Part shown: positions 25,822 through 34,706 of the stretch, one piece after another
How the letters are laid out: every line of letters starts with the position of its first letter
Position numbering within the stretch: position 1 is the first letter of the stretch
The notes under the pieces: generated by a model
Told to the model about the DNA's origin: nothing
Database searches by the model: none
What the model saw: only the letters and a program-made list of their open reading frames with translations
Translations under genes and position numbers: made by a program
Source: a virus
DNA: 45,104 bases
Virus record (IMG/VR): IMGVR_UViG_3300028591_000032
Coordinates: 1-45,104 of that record
Reading direction: 5' to 3' (one strand)

Positions 25822-26331
25822 TCACTCCTCTTTTGTTTTTCGCCTTGGTCTACGATTATTGGCCTGGGTTTTGGCATCTGCCCAACGGCAATTTCCCGGC
25901 TCATAATTGCCATCTACATTGATTCTGTCGATGGAAAGGTTATCCGCATAACCGTTGGAAAGCGCCCACCGCTTAAATGCCGTGTAGTCCTTCCATTCAT
26001 CACAGACAAGGATTCCTCTGCCACCATACGATTTGTAGTCCATATTTTTAGGGTTTCCGCACCGTTGCCGCATACTTCTCCAGATCGTATAGAGGCGCGT
26101 ATAGCAGTCACCGTGCCTGGTGTTGTGACCTGACTGATTCGCATCACGGTGCAGGCATCCGCAGCTACGAGTATTCCCTGTTCGGAGACTACTGGCGCTT
26201 ACGATAAGCGTGTTCCCGCAGTCGCAGATACATTCCCACTTGGCCGATACATTTTTCCGGCCCTTGTCGGCAAGCGCCTTTACGACCAGCCGACCAAAGC
26301 GCTGTCCCGTCAGGTCAACCAGCTTGCTCAT
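25822..26331 (-). CDS. AP2-type DNA-binding, homing-endonuclease-like protein (169 aa)
   Basis: ATG 26331. The sequence is LTGQRFGRLVV...WECICDCGNT...RSCGC...YGGRGILVCDEW...LSIDRINVDGNYEPGNCRWADAKTQANN. GC content is lower than in the flanking genes. Confidence 0.6.
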   Translation of the reverse strand: MSKLVDLTGQRFGRLVVKALADKGRKNVSAKWECICDCGNTLIVSASSLRTGNTRSCGCLHRDANQSGHNTRHGDCYTRLYTIWRSMRQRCGNPKNMDYKSYGGRGILVCDEWKDYTAFKRWALSNGYADNLSIDRINVDGNYEPGNCRWADAKTQANNRRPRRKTKEE

Positions 26332-26584
26332 GGTCCTTAACCTCGCCGTTTTTGACTGTCTCCACAACCTTGTTAATCTCAAAAAGAATGTCGAGAACAA
26401 TGTCATTGAGAATGCGGTAGTGATTGAAATCCCAAGCAATGGCATTGCGCCCACTCTGAGTCTTGTCGGTGTGGTTGTAGAAGTACCCTTCGCATATCTC
26501 GCTTACAACTGCCCTTGCTTTTTCCACGTTAATGCCGACTTCGCTGATAGCATCTTCCAGGACGATCAATCTGTTTTTGGACAT
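26315..26584 (-). CDS. 89-aa hypothetical helical protein in the low-GC cassette
   Basis: ATG 26584 follows GAGGAGG. I recognise no motif. Confidence 0.55.
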   Translation of the reverse strand: MSKNRLIVLEDAISEVGINVEKARAVVSEICEGYFYNHTDKTQSGRNAIAWDFNHYRILNDIVLDILFEINKVVETVKNGEVKDHEQAG

Positions 26585-26616
26585 AAAAATACCTCCTCTA
26601 GTCATAAACGGGTTGA

Positions 26617-26658
26617 CCAAAGGAGGCACGCATGATATGATTTGCGTGCTTCCTTTGG
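26617..26658 (-). other. 15-bp-stem hairpin between the RHH gene and the 89-aa gene
   Basis: ccaaaggaggcacgc, a 12-nt loop, then gcgtgcttcctttgg (one G-U pair). Confidence 0.6.
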
Positions 26659-26726
26659 TGCTCTTTGTGAGTACTGATGGATGAACTGGGTGAGGAGCCG
26701 TCGCTTTTGGAAGGGTGGGCGGTTCC

Positions 26727-26906
26727 TCACTTTTTCAGTTCTAATTGCAACCTCTTAATCCCTCGTCTGATGGCCTCGGCCTTGTCCACGCCCTCTTGTT
26801 CACAATAAGCAACGAGCGTTTCCTTGGCCTCTTGATCCAGGCGAACGGTTATCCGATCAGATTTCGGATTGTTGGTTGGCCTTCCTGTGCGCGGCGACAC
26901 CTGCAT
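26727..26906 (-). CDS. Ribbon-helix-helix (CopG/antitoxin-like) DNA-binding protein
   Basis: GRPTNNPKSDRITVRLDQEAKETLVAYCEQEGVDKAEAIRRGI fits the RHH pattern. It is the first gene after a consensus-like promoter. Confidence 0.6.
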   Translation of the reverse strand: MQVSPRTGRPTNNPKSDRITVRLDQEAKETLVAYCEQEGVDKAEAIRRGIKRLQLELKK

Positions 26907-26912
26907 CACCTC

Positions 26913-26962
26913 ACTTTTGTCTGCCGTAATTCGATTATATATTTATGTCAGACAAAAGTCAA
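26913..26962 (-). promoter_or_regulatory. Promoter (-35 TTGACT, 17 nt, -10 TATAAT) with an 11-bp perfect inverted-repeat operator
   Basis: The -35 lies at 26957-26962 and the -10 at 26934-26939. The inverted-repeat arms ACTTTTGTCTG (26913-26923) and CAGACAAAAGT (26949-26959) bracket the core promoter. Confidence 0.6.
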
Positions 26963-26992
26963 CCCGTTTATGAAATTATCAAGGTGCTATTT

Positions 26993-28579
26993 TTATGCCT
27001 GTGGACGGTATGTAGCGGGGTCGATCCCGCGGGGGACTCCTCGCCAGCCCTGCGCTGCGATGCGCGAGATCATATTGCTTGCGTCCTCGAATTGCCAGGT
27101 CCCCACATGGAGGAAGCCGAACCGCTCCAAGAGCCGTATTTGCTTCGGTGTAGTAAGTCCTTCTTCTCGCCGGGTTCTCAGCCGCTCTAAGATCAGCGAC
27201 GCCTTCCCCGCGTTATCTATCTCGTCCGGGTATATCCCATATTTCTGAAGGGCTTCCAGCTGCTTTTGGGATGGCGGCGCCATTTGATGGGCGAACATTG
27301 GCGTATAGCTTGCCAGGTCTTCTGCTTCAATGCTCATGGCATATTGCAGCGGATCCACCAGCGCGCGCTTGCGATGCCGCTGCTCCTCCAGCATCTTAGC
27401 CAGGGCCTCCTCCCGCTGGGCCACCACGTCGGCCTGCGCAGCAGCCTCCGCAGCCTCCAGGTCTATGGCGTCCGCTTCCTGCTCCAGGTTCTCGGTCATT
27501 TTCTCCGAGACCTCGGGATTCTCGCAGATCAGGCAGGCAGGGCGGCACAGCTCATGACGGGTGGTGTGCCACAGGAAGTCCAGCACAAGCAGGTGGTCCT
27601 TCCCGGGGTGCAGGCGGGTGCCTCTGCCGATCATCTGGCAATAGAGGCTCCGCACCTTCGTGGGCCGCAGCACCACGACGCAGTCCACCGCCGGGCAGTC
27701 CCAGCCCTCCGTCAGCAGCATGGAGTTGCACAGTACGTCGTAGCGTCCGGCGGCGAAGTCCGCCAGGATCTCCGTCCGGTCTTCGCTGGTCCCGTTGACC
27801 TCGGCGGCTCGGAAGCCCTGCGCCTGCAGCAGGGCGCAGAAGCGGCGGCTCGTCTCAATCAGTGGGAGGAATACCACGGTCTTCCGGCCCGAGCAGTAGT
27901 TTTTCATTTCGGCGGCGATCTGTTCTAGATACGGGTCCAGCGCGTGTCCGATGTCCGCGGCGCTGTAGTCACCGGCCTGGGTCTTTACGCCGGTCATATC
28001 CAGCCGGAGCGGGATGGTCTGCGCCTTGATCCGGCACAGGTACCTATCCTTGATGGCCTGCGTGATCTTGTACTCGTAGGCCAGGCTATCGAAGTACTGC
28101 CCCAGATTCCGCATATCGCCCCGGTCGGGCGTGGCGGTGACGCCCAGGACAGACGCCTCCGGGAAGTGCTCCAGCACACGCTGGTAGCTGTCCGACAGGA
28201 TGTGGTGGGCCTCGTCTACAATGATAGTGCCGTAGTGGTTCGGCTCGAAGCGGTCCAGGCGCTTCTCCCTCATAAGGGTTTGCACGCTGCCCACCGTGAT
28301 CCGGTACCAGCTGCCTTCAGCGGACAGCTCAGCCTTCTCTACAGCGCAGCCCAGGCCGCTCACCGTGCCAATCTTTGCGGCGGCCTGCTCCAGCAGCTCC
28401 CCACGGTGCGCCAGCACCAGCACCCGCTGTCCCTTCCGTACCTGGTCCTCCGCCACAGCGGCGAGCACGATGGTCTTGCCGGTGCCGGTGGGTAGGACCA
28501 GGAGTGTCTTCCGTCTGCCCTGGTCCCATTCCCCGTGAATTGCCTGCCGCGCCGCCTCCTGGTATGGGCGCAGATCCAT
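26993..28579 (-). CDS. Superfamily-2 DEAH-box helicase
   Basis: LPTGTGKT (Walker A) and IIVDEAHH (DEAH). 528 aa. Confidence 0.85.
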   Translation of the reverse strand: MDLRPYQEAARQAIHGEWDQGRRKTLLVLPTGTGKTIVLAAVAEDQVRKGQRVLVLAHRGELLEQAAAKIGTVSGLGCAVEKAELSAEGSWYRITVGSVQTLMREKRLDRFEPNHYGTIIVDEAHHILSDSYQRVLEHFPEASVLGVTATPDRGDMRNLGQYFDSLAYEYKITQAIKDRYLCRIKAQTIPLRLDMTGVKTQAGDYSAADIGHALDPYLEQIAAEMKNYCSGRKTVVFLPLIETSRRFCALLQAQGFRAAEVNGTSEDRTEILADFAAGRYDVLCNSMLLTEGWDCPAVDCVVVLRPTKVRSLYCQMIGRGTRLHPGKDHLLVLDFLWHTTRHELCRPACLICENPEVSEKMTENLEQEADAIDLEAAEAAAQADVVAQREEALAKMLEEQRHRKRALVDPLQYAMSIEAEDLASYTPMFAHQMAPPSQKQLEALQKYGIYPDEIDNAGKASLILERLRTRREEGLTTPKQIRLLERFGFLHVGTWQFEDASNMISRIAAQGWRGVPRGIDPATYRPQA

Positions 28580-28580
28580 C

Positions 28581-29027
28581 TCAGAATCCTCCCGCCGTCC
28601 AGTTCCGCAGAGGTGGAAGGAACTGCTTGATCTCGTTGATCTCGCCTTCGCTGCCGTCCTTTTTAGTGAACTTGTGGATGCCTACGGAAGCCCGGCCCGT
28701 GCTGCCGGCGACCTTGCTCCAGTCCAGCTTCACGGTGTCGCCCTGCTTGCCTTGGCCGATGGAAATGAAAAAGGCGGAGAGCAGGCCCTGGGTCTTTGTA
28801 TGCAAGAAAAGGTTGTGGGTGATGGTGCCCACGCTGCCGTCCGGGGCCTTCAGCTCCAGGGTCAGCACGGCCTTGGGGCAGCTGGGGAGCTTTGCGCTCC
28901 CTGGATGCCGCTGCCGCTCGAACTTCGTCACGGTGAATTCGTACTCCCCCTCCGGGAGCAGGGTAAATGTGGACGGATTCAGCTCTATACCTTCGTCCCA
29001 GTCCAGCTCACGATCCAGATCAGCCAT
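28581..29027 (-). CDS. DUF669-family protein (ssDNA-binding-like partner of AAA_24)
   Basis: 148 aa. It sits in the usual position between the AAA_24 ATPase and the helicase. The N-terminus ELDWDEGIE...LPEGEYEFTV is typical of the family as I remember it. Confidence 0.6.
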   Translation of the reverse strand: MADLDRELDWDEGIELNPSTFTLLPEGEYEFTVTKFERQRHPGSAKLPSCPKAVLTLELKAPDGSVGTITHNLFLHTKTQGLLSAFFISIGQGKQGDTVKLDWSKVAGSTGRASVGIHKFTKKDGSEGEINEIKQFLPPLRNWTAGGF

Positions 29028-30171
29028 TGTGATTCCTCCTCATGTTGTAAATAAGATTCTTTACGGATTCCCAGGCGGCCACCAGGCAGCCCTTCACGAA
29101 ATCCGCAGGGTAAAGCTCTACGGGCATATCTCCGGGGAAATAGCCTCTGGCGCTGACGGCGGCTTGTACCTCCTCATAGGTCACGCCGGACGCCTGCATA
29201 AGCTGGGCCAGATCCGGATAGACACTCTCGATCTTCGTCGGCTCCAGCTGCGCTTTATCCTCCTCAGTCCATTCCTCCTTCGGCTTTGGCTCCGGGAATA
29301 CCGGGCCTTCCTCCCCGCCGGTGAAGGGCGTCTCCGGCAGCGGCGTTTCCTGGGGCGGCTCCGTCGCCGGATCAGGCGCGACGCTCTCAAAGTCGGGCGC
29401 GGTCTTAGCGGGAGCGGCTTCCGGCTGCCTGGTATTTGCCTCAAATATGGGCCGCAGGGCCTCGTAGTCCAGGGGCAGCTCCTCCGGTAAGCCAAAGCGA
29501 TTCTTGGCGTCCCACACGGGGTGGTGTGTGGTGTACATGACCCGTTTGCCCCCGGCCACGTGGTTCTTCTCTATGGGCGTGGCCCCTTTGAGTACCAGGA
29601 TCTTGTAGTTCATGAAGATCAGCAGATCCGCCCACTCCTTCACCATGGGTCCGATCTTTTTTGCCAGCTTAAGCTCCCAGTGGTCGTAGGCGCCGGTTTC
29701 CTCCGGAGCCTCGATCTTGCGGAGCTGTGCGTGGGCGCAGAAGCCCACGTTGATGCCCTTCTCCGCGATCTCCGTCATCTTGTCGAGCAGCTTGCCGAAC
29801 GCCTCCGCCTGGTAGACGTAGCCCTTGCCGTAACCTGCGTCCTCGATGCCCTTCCAGCCTTTGGCCGCGCACAGGGCCTCGGTGCACAGGCGCTCGGCCC
29901 AGTCGGCGGTATCGATCACCAGGGTACCGCCGTTATTGGCCATGATGCGGCCTGCGTCGTCCACCATGTCCAGCAGAGCATCCCAGCTCTTCGGCCTGGG
30001 ATACCGGCAGACCGTCATGTGCTCTGTGCTGCCCTCGGTATCGATGAACACCACGCCGGGCAGCTTGCTGGCCAGCGTGCTTTTGCCGATCCCCTCGGCG
30101 CCGTAAAAGACGAATCGGATGCCCTTCTTCTTCGCAGTGCTCTCCAAGGCGTACTTGCTTTTTACAATCAT
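29020..30171 (-). CDS. AAA_24 (Sak4/RecA-like) ATPase
   Basis: Walker A reads FVFYGAEGIGKST, followed by VFIDTEGS. 383 aa. Confidence 0.75.
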   Translation of the reverse strand: MIVKSKYALESTAKKKGIRFVFYGAEGIGKSTLASKLPGVVFIDTEGSTEHMTVCRYPRPKSWDALLDMVDDAGRIMANNGGTLVIDTADWAERLCTEALCAAKGWKGIEDAGYGKGYVYQAEAFGKLLDKMTEIAEKGINVGFCAHAQLRKIEAPEETGAYDHWELKLAKKIGPMVKEWADLLIFMNYKILVLKGATPIEKNHVAGGKRVMYTTHHPVWDAKNRFGLPEELPLDYEALRPIFEANTRQPEAAPAKTAPDFESVAPDPATEPPQETPLPETPFTGGEEGPVFPEPKPKEEWTEEDKAQLEPTKIESVYPDLAQLMQASGVTYEEVQAAVSARGYFPGDMPVELYPADFVKGCLVAAWESVKNLIYNMRRNHNG

Positions 30172-30172
30172 C

Positions 30173-31432
30173 TCAGAATGTGCCCTCCTTCCATTTCGGG
30201 GCAGGCGCGGCTTCCTCCGCGATCTCCCCGTCCTCTATGATCACGGTACACTCACCGCCGGTGCTGACCCTGGTCCCGATCACCTGGAGGCCCTGCTGGG
30301 CGGCCCAGGCTCCGAACTCGCGCAGGGTGTCCGTGTCCATCTGCTCCAGCTTGTCCACTAGCACGAAGCGGCATTCAGGCTTCAGACGCGCCACGATAGC
30401 CGTTGCGGCCCGCAGCTGCTCCGCACTGGACATGCAGCTCCAGGGCTGGCCGTTATACGTCAGGACGCCCTCCTGCACGCTCAGGCCCGGCAGGGGCATA
30501 TCTGCGCCTTCCAGTAGGGCCGCTCGCCGTGCGCGCACATCCTCGATCTCTCCGGTGAGAGCGTCGTATTCGTCAGCCAGCAGGCTGGCCCGCTGATCTG
30601 CCTCCATCTTGGCGGTGTTGGCCCGCACCTTGGCGTTGATCTCGTCGGCGGCCTGGATCAGCTGAAGGATGGCGTCCTCATCCCGGTCCGTCAGGCGTTC
30701 CTCTTTCATCCGGGCGGTTGCCAGCTCGTCATTTACGCTGCCCAGCTCGGTCTGCAGGGCCTGAATCTGGTCTCTGATTGTCTCCCGGCGCACTTCCAGC
30801 TGCCCCACCTTGTTCCGCAGCTCCCGGTTTGCGGCATTCACCGCCTGCGCCTCCTTTAACTTCTCCGTGAGCGCCAGCACGCTGACCGGCGCGCCTGCGT
30901 CCGGGTACCACTCCAGGCTGTCGGCGTGGTGCCGTGCCTGTTCTCGGTCCCTGCCGATCTGGAGGCGGGTGTCGTATTTGGCCCGTTCCTCCCGTTCCAG
31001 GGCGTCCAGCTGATCCTGAAGGCCCAGCAGATTCAGGAGAATGGCGGCCCGCTCCTTGTCGGAAGCCCCTAGGAAGCGGGGCAGGTCCAGGGCCAGCACT
31101 TCAATAAAGTTGTTCAGCAGCTGTTGCCCGCTGCGCCTGCCCGTTTCGTCGGTCACGGTGAGAGCACCTTTCGGGCCTTTGCGGGTGACCGTCAGGCCAT
31201 TACTGAGCTGCACCCGCAGCATCGGGTCCAGGACGCTGCCGGACCGCTTCGCCGCGTCCGGACGAAACTTCTCACCGCCCAGCGCCCAGGCGATGGCGTC
31301 CAGGACGGAGGTTTTCCCCGCTCCGTTCCTGCCGCCGATCACCGTAAGCCCGGCGGGTGACGGTTCCAAGGTCACGGCCTTGACCTTTTTTACGTTCTCC
31401 AGCTCAAGGCTGGTGATATGTACTCCTTGCAT
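30173..31432 (-). CDS. SMC/SbcC-like AAA ATPase with a coiled-coil insert (419 aa)
   Basis: ATG 31432 follows AAGGAGG. The sequence is LELENVKKVKAVTLEPSPAGLTVIGGRNGAGKTSVLDAI, with a long coiled coil and a C-terminal D-loop region FVLVDKLEQMD. Confidence 0.75.
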   Translation of the reverse strand: MQGVHITSLELENVKKVKAVTLEPSPAGLTVIGGRNGAGKTSVLDAIAWALGGEKFRPDAAKRSGSVLDPMLRVQLSNGLTVTRKGPKGALTVTDETGRRSGQQLLNNFIEVLALDLPRFLGASDKERAAILLNLLGLQDQLDALEREERAKYDTRLQIGRDREQARHHADSLEWYPDAGAPVSVLALTEKLKEAQAVNAANRELRNKVGQLEVRRETIRDQIQALQTELGSVNDELATARMKEERLTDRDEDAILQLIQAADEINAKVRANTAKMEADQRASLLADEYDALTGEIEDVRARRAALLEGADMPLPGLSVQEGVLTYNGQPWSCMSSAEQLRAATAIVARLKPECRFVLVDKLEQMDTDTLREFGAWAAQQGLQVIGTRVSTGGECTVIIEDGEIAEEAAPAPKWKEGTF

Positions 31433-31529
31433 TTCCGGCCTCCTTGTGGTAAGATCGTCCATATCAGATATAAACATTGTGCTACTCCTGCTGGGGCCGT
31501 CATGTTGGCGCATGGCGGCCCCGGTGTTT

Positions 31530-32228
31530 TTACAGCATGACGGTGACACTGCAGTCCTTGAGCTGTTCTTCCAGATAAGCCTTGATCGTGTTTCTGGCGG
31601 TCAGCTTCCACATGCCGCCGTCAGCTTCGATGAAAGCAATACCGCGTTCCCGGATGCGGATCAGGAACAGGCCTTCCGGCTGCTCAACTTCCAGGAACGT
31701 TCTGTAAGGTCGAAGCTTTACGATAGGCTTAATGGTAACGTTCTCGGCCAGGGACGCGCCCTTGGTCATGACCATGGTCGACGCGATGCCGTTGTCGCTG
31801 TAGGTGACCTTCGCGCCGGTGGTGATCTGACTCAGGAGCCGCAGAACATACTCCTTGTCGCCGCCGTCCTGGAAGCGGGTGAGTAGCGCAACCGTGGCTT
31901 CGTCGAACCCCATCTCCATCTTCGGCTCCCAGCCAGGGACATCACTCGCAGACGCATGATACAGACGCTTGCGGACATAACGGTTGTCCGGCTCCAGATC
32001 ACCGAAAACGTTCACCACTCCATATCCAGCGACGCAGACGAACAGGTGGGGAAGCTGTCCGTCGTTGGCCCGGATAAGATTCACCACCGCATCCAGGCTG
32101 TTGACGTTCAGGGTTTCCGGTCCGTCGACCGACGGCCGAATCTCCTGGATAGAGTCCCGTCCGATGGCGTAGGTTGCGATCGTCGGGCCGGTCATGGCCT
32201 CAATTTTTTCGATAGCTTCCTTCAGCAT
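31530..32228 (-). CDS. 232-aa hypothetical protein at the start of the recombination module
   Basis: The ORF is strong with ordinary composition. I recognise no motif. Confidence 0.6.
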   Translation of the reverse strand: MLKEAIEKIEAMTGPTIATYAIGRDSIQEIRPSVDGPETLNVNSLDAVVNLIRANDGQLPHLFVCVAGYGVVNVFGDLEPDNRYVRKRLYHASASDVPGWEPKMEMGFDEATVALLTRFQDGGDKEYVLRLLSQITTGAKVTYSDNGIASTMVMTKGASLAENVTIKPIVKLRPYRTFLEVEQPEGLFLIRIRERGIAFIEADGGMWKLTARNTIKAYLEEQLKDCSVTVML

Positions 32229-32240
32229 GATTCTTCTCCT

Positions 32241-32600
32241 TTACTTCGCAATTCTCAGTACCGGCGCTGGGGCGGCTTCACTGCCATCAAAGCCGAGCTG
32301 CCCTGGGACCTGCGGGACCATCTCAACAGCTCGGAACTCGCCGTAGCTGTCGGTAGATGCGTACAGGGCCGTCTTGATCGGTGTGGTGGGGGCCAGGGTG
32401 CTCTTTGCCGTGACGCTGACGCTGATAGTGCTTCGGTCATCGTCCGGCTGGAACTCGATGGTCAGTGTGATCTTCCGCTTCTCGGTCGGTTTGGTGTTCG
32501 GATCCATGATGTTCTGCATAACCCGCCCCATTTCGTAGTCCGTGCGCTCGGCAATCGCGCCTCTGGCCATCTCCAAGATGCTGGCTTCCATGTATGTCAC
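32241..32600 (-). CDS. 119-aa hypothetical protein
   Basis: The ORF is strong and coupled to its neighbours. Confidence 0.55.
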   Translation of the reverse strand: MTYMEASILEMARGAIAERTDYEMGRVMQNIMDPNTKPTEKRKITLTIEFQPDDDRSTISVSVTAKSTLAPTTPIKTALYASTDSYGEFRAVEMVPQVPGQLGFDGSEAAPAPVLRIAK

Positions 32601-32779
32601 TCCTCCTCTCCGTTCTTATTTTTTGCTCCTTTAGTTATCGTAAACGCACCGCCGTAAGTGTCGCGCCCACACACTCCACAGGTGATGCGGTTTACAATCT
32701 CAGATACCTGCTTGACCTGGTAGCCGGCAGCCTGCAGGTCTTTGCGGCAATCCAGGCACAACGGCATGGTCTGTTTCAT
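32597..32779 (-). CDS. 60-aa zinc-ribbon protein
   Basis: ATG 32779 overlaps the upstream stop (ATGA). The cysteine pairs are CLDC...CGVC. Confidence 0.5.
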   Translation of the reverse strand: MKQTMPLCLDCRKDLQAAGYQVKQVSEIVNRITCGVCGRDTYGGAFTITKGAKNKNGEEE

Positions 32780-32964
32780 CCGTCTACCTCCTCCGTTTGA
32801 TTCCCGCACAAAGCTGTGGTAATATAAATTGACTCTATATCCTCAGACTGTGGGGCGTCCGTGTTGGCAGCACGGGCGCTCCTCCCGTTTTCCCAGCAGT
32901 CGTCGCAGATCTCGCCGGGATCCAGATTCGCCCCACAGCCTGGGCACACGCGGTAATAGCTCAC
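32776..32964 (-). CDS. 62-aa zinc-ribbon protein
   Basis: GTG 32964 overlaps the upstream TGA (GTGA). The cysteine pairs are CPGC...CDDC. Confidence 0.45.
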   Translation of the reverse strand: MSYYRVCPGCGANLDPGEICDDCWENGRSARAANTDAPQSEDIESIYITTALCGNQTEEVDG

Positions 32965-33197
32965 GGGATCAGCCCCCTTTCGATGGCGTAGCGGCCCGCC
33001 CATTCCTTCGCGGCCTTCAGCGTGTAGCACTCCTTCAGCTCCTTGCCGTCCCGCAGGACCCAGTACGACGTGTGGTCCCAGGTCCCGCTGCCGTTGGCGT
33101 GGGGGATATGCCGCTTTCGGCTCTCAATGAGCAGGCCGGTCTCCCGCAGATCCGTATAGGTGACGGTCGTGCCGTCCTGGCTGATCGCGCGCCCCAT
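32961..33197 (-). CDS. 78-aa hypothetical protein
   Basis: An ORF within the early operon. Confidence 0.5.
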   Translation of the reverse strand: MGRAISQDGTTVTYTDLRETGLLIESRKRHIPHANGSGTWDHTSYWVLRDGKELKECYTLKAAKEWAGRYAIERGLIP

Positions 33198-33208
33198 CCT
33201 TGCTCAGG

Positions 33209-33550
33209 TCATGCTGTTACCTCCTCCAATAGTTTGAATCCAAAGCTGTCACAAAACCATGTGCTTTTCTTCGGCGGGTCCACACTGTTGTCCCATAGCG
33301 TTACAATGTCGCTGACGCTCATGCTGCGGCCTCGATAGCCGTCCGGTTTTTCAGCGTTGTAAATCAGATAAAGCTTTTCACACGCCATCTGCGGGGTATG
33401 CGCTTCTACGGTTCCGTGATCAGCGGTGAGGTATCGGGTTAGATCTACACCGCCGAATTGCCTGACCGTCGACTTGTAGTCCAGAAATAGGCGCGACGTA
33501 TTTTCTCCGGGACAATCCTTTAGTTGATCGAAGGTATATGTGTACTTCAT
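33209..33550 (-). CDS. YodL-like domain protein (113 aa)
   Basis: KLYLIYNAEKPDGYRGRSMSVSDIVTLW...WFCDSFGFKLL resembles the YodL-like block (fN...P.dfrGhSlSVSDVV...YYVDs.GF) as I remember it. Confidence 0.5.
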   Translation of the reverse strand: MKYTYTFDQLKDCPGENTSRLFLDYKSTVRQFGGVDLTRYLTADHGTVEAHTPQMACEKLYLIYNAEKPDGYRGRSMSVSDIVTLWDNSVDPPKKSTWFCDSFGFKLLEEVTA

Positions 33551-33593
33551 GGCTTTGTCTCCTCCTTAATCTCTCGGCCGCTTAATCAGCTCG

Positions 33594-34706
33594 TCATACA
33601 TCGTCCTGCCCTCCGAGACGAATCCCGGTGATTCGATAGAAAATATCTGCATCAAAGTTTGGGATCTCCAGCACCTTCCGCTTGTCGTTATCGCTCAGAT
33701 TCTTCCACATCAGCGCACAGGCATCCTTGAAAGGAATGGATTTCAGGTATCCACCAGTCGTTTCATGCTCGGGATGCGCAGCCTTTTCTTCGTATGTCAT
33801 GTCATCGCTATAAATCCACCAGTTATTTTCGTACGCCTGATTCAAAACCTGAATCCCCGGAATACTTAAGACTTCTGGATATGTCATGTCCGTTGGCTTT
33901 TCAAACAAACTGATTTTTGGCGTAATGGTAGAGAAAAATCCGGTGTTACCGTCCCCGGTGTTCCAGTCCCCGGTGTTACCGTCCCCGGTGTTCCAGTTCC
34001 CGGTGTTCCAGTTCCCGGTGTTCCAGTTCCCGGTGTTCCTGTTCCCGGTGTTACCGTCCCCGGTGTTCCAGTTCCCGGTGTTCCAGTTCCCGGTGTTCCA
34101 GTTCCCGGTGTTCCTGTTCCCGGTGTTACCGTCCCCGGTGTTCCTGTTCCCGGTGTTACAGTCCCCGGTGTTCCTGTTCCCGGTGTTCCAGTCCCCGGTG
34201 TTCCTAAGCCCTGCATTGCCTTTTCCTTCGTTGGCGAGCTCTAGCATTTCAGCCCACGGGATTTCACGGAGAATTTTGATCTCGTTCGTGACGGACTTGG
34301 TACTATCACTTTCAACCAGCCCGATAGCTTCTATCTCCGCGACCTTGTTCTGCGGGTCGAAGCTGTAATAGCTGAAGCAATCCGCGACTTTGCGGCAGAA
34401 GTGGAATCCGGCCTTGCAGATGGAGATAGGCCCGTCGTGCTTGTAGGTTTGCCCTACCTCGTACTTCATACCCAGGCACGTCCAATCCGGGTTAAAAACC
34501 TTGTAGCCCTTGATACTCATTCGTATTGAACCCACTTGTTCCCACCGCCCATGCCTCACTTCCACCACATCGGCGGCGGGTTGCTGTTTGATGGCCAGCA
34601 GAACAACATCTTTGCCAAGCTCAAAACCGCACCGTTCTGCGGTGACGTAAGCTGACTGAACTTGCTTGTAAAGCTCCTCCCGCTCGATATACTCCATCCT
34701 CACCAC
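33594..34706 (-). CDS. Pentapeptide-repeat protein with a DUF7666-like central domain
   Basis: KGYKVFNPDWTCLGMKYEVGQTYKHDG...CKAGFHFC is followed by about 18 consecutive N-T-G-[ND]-[WRGC] pentapeptides. The track start is GTG 34706; ATG 34697 is also possible. Confidence 0.75.
   Translation of the reverse strand: MVRMEYIEREELYKQVQSAYVTAERCGFELGKDVVLLAIKQQPAADVVEVRHGRWEQVGSIRMSIKGYKVFNPDWTCLGMKYEVGQTYKHDGPISICKAGFHFCRKVADCFSYYSFDPQNKVAEIEAIGLVESDSTKSVTNEIKILREIPWAEMLELANEGKGNAGLRNTGDWNTGNRNTGDCNTGNRNTGDGNTGNRNTGNWNTGNWNTGNWNTGDGNTGNRNTGNWNTGNWNTGNWNTGDGNTGDWNTGDGNTGFFSTITPKISLFEKPTDMTYPEVLSIPGIQVLNQAYENNWWIYSDDMTYEEKAAHPEHETTGGYLKSIPFKDACALMWKNLSDNDKRKVLEIPNFDADIFYRITGIRLGGQDDV
33940..34210. 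repeat. About 18 tandem 15-bp units (ccggtgttccagttc and variants) encoding the pentapeptide repeats
   Basis: A clear 15-bp periodicity runs through lines 33941-34210. Confidence 0.9.

Noticed and set aside
33940-34210. CRISPR array (also considered for the iterons at 23555-23738 and the 69-bp repeats at 10085-10712)
   Set aside because: The repeats are contiguous, with no unique spacers of CRISPR size. They lie inside ORFs with a matching peptide periodicity, or in the origin. No cas genes are present.
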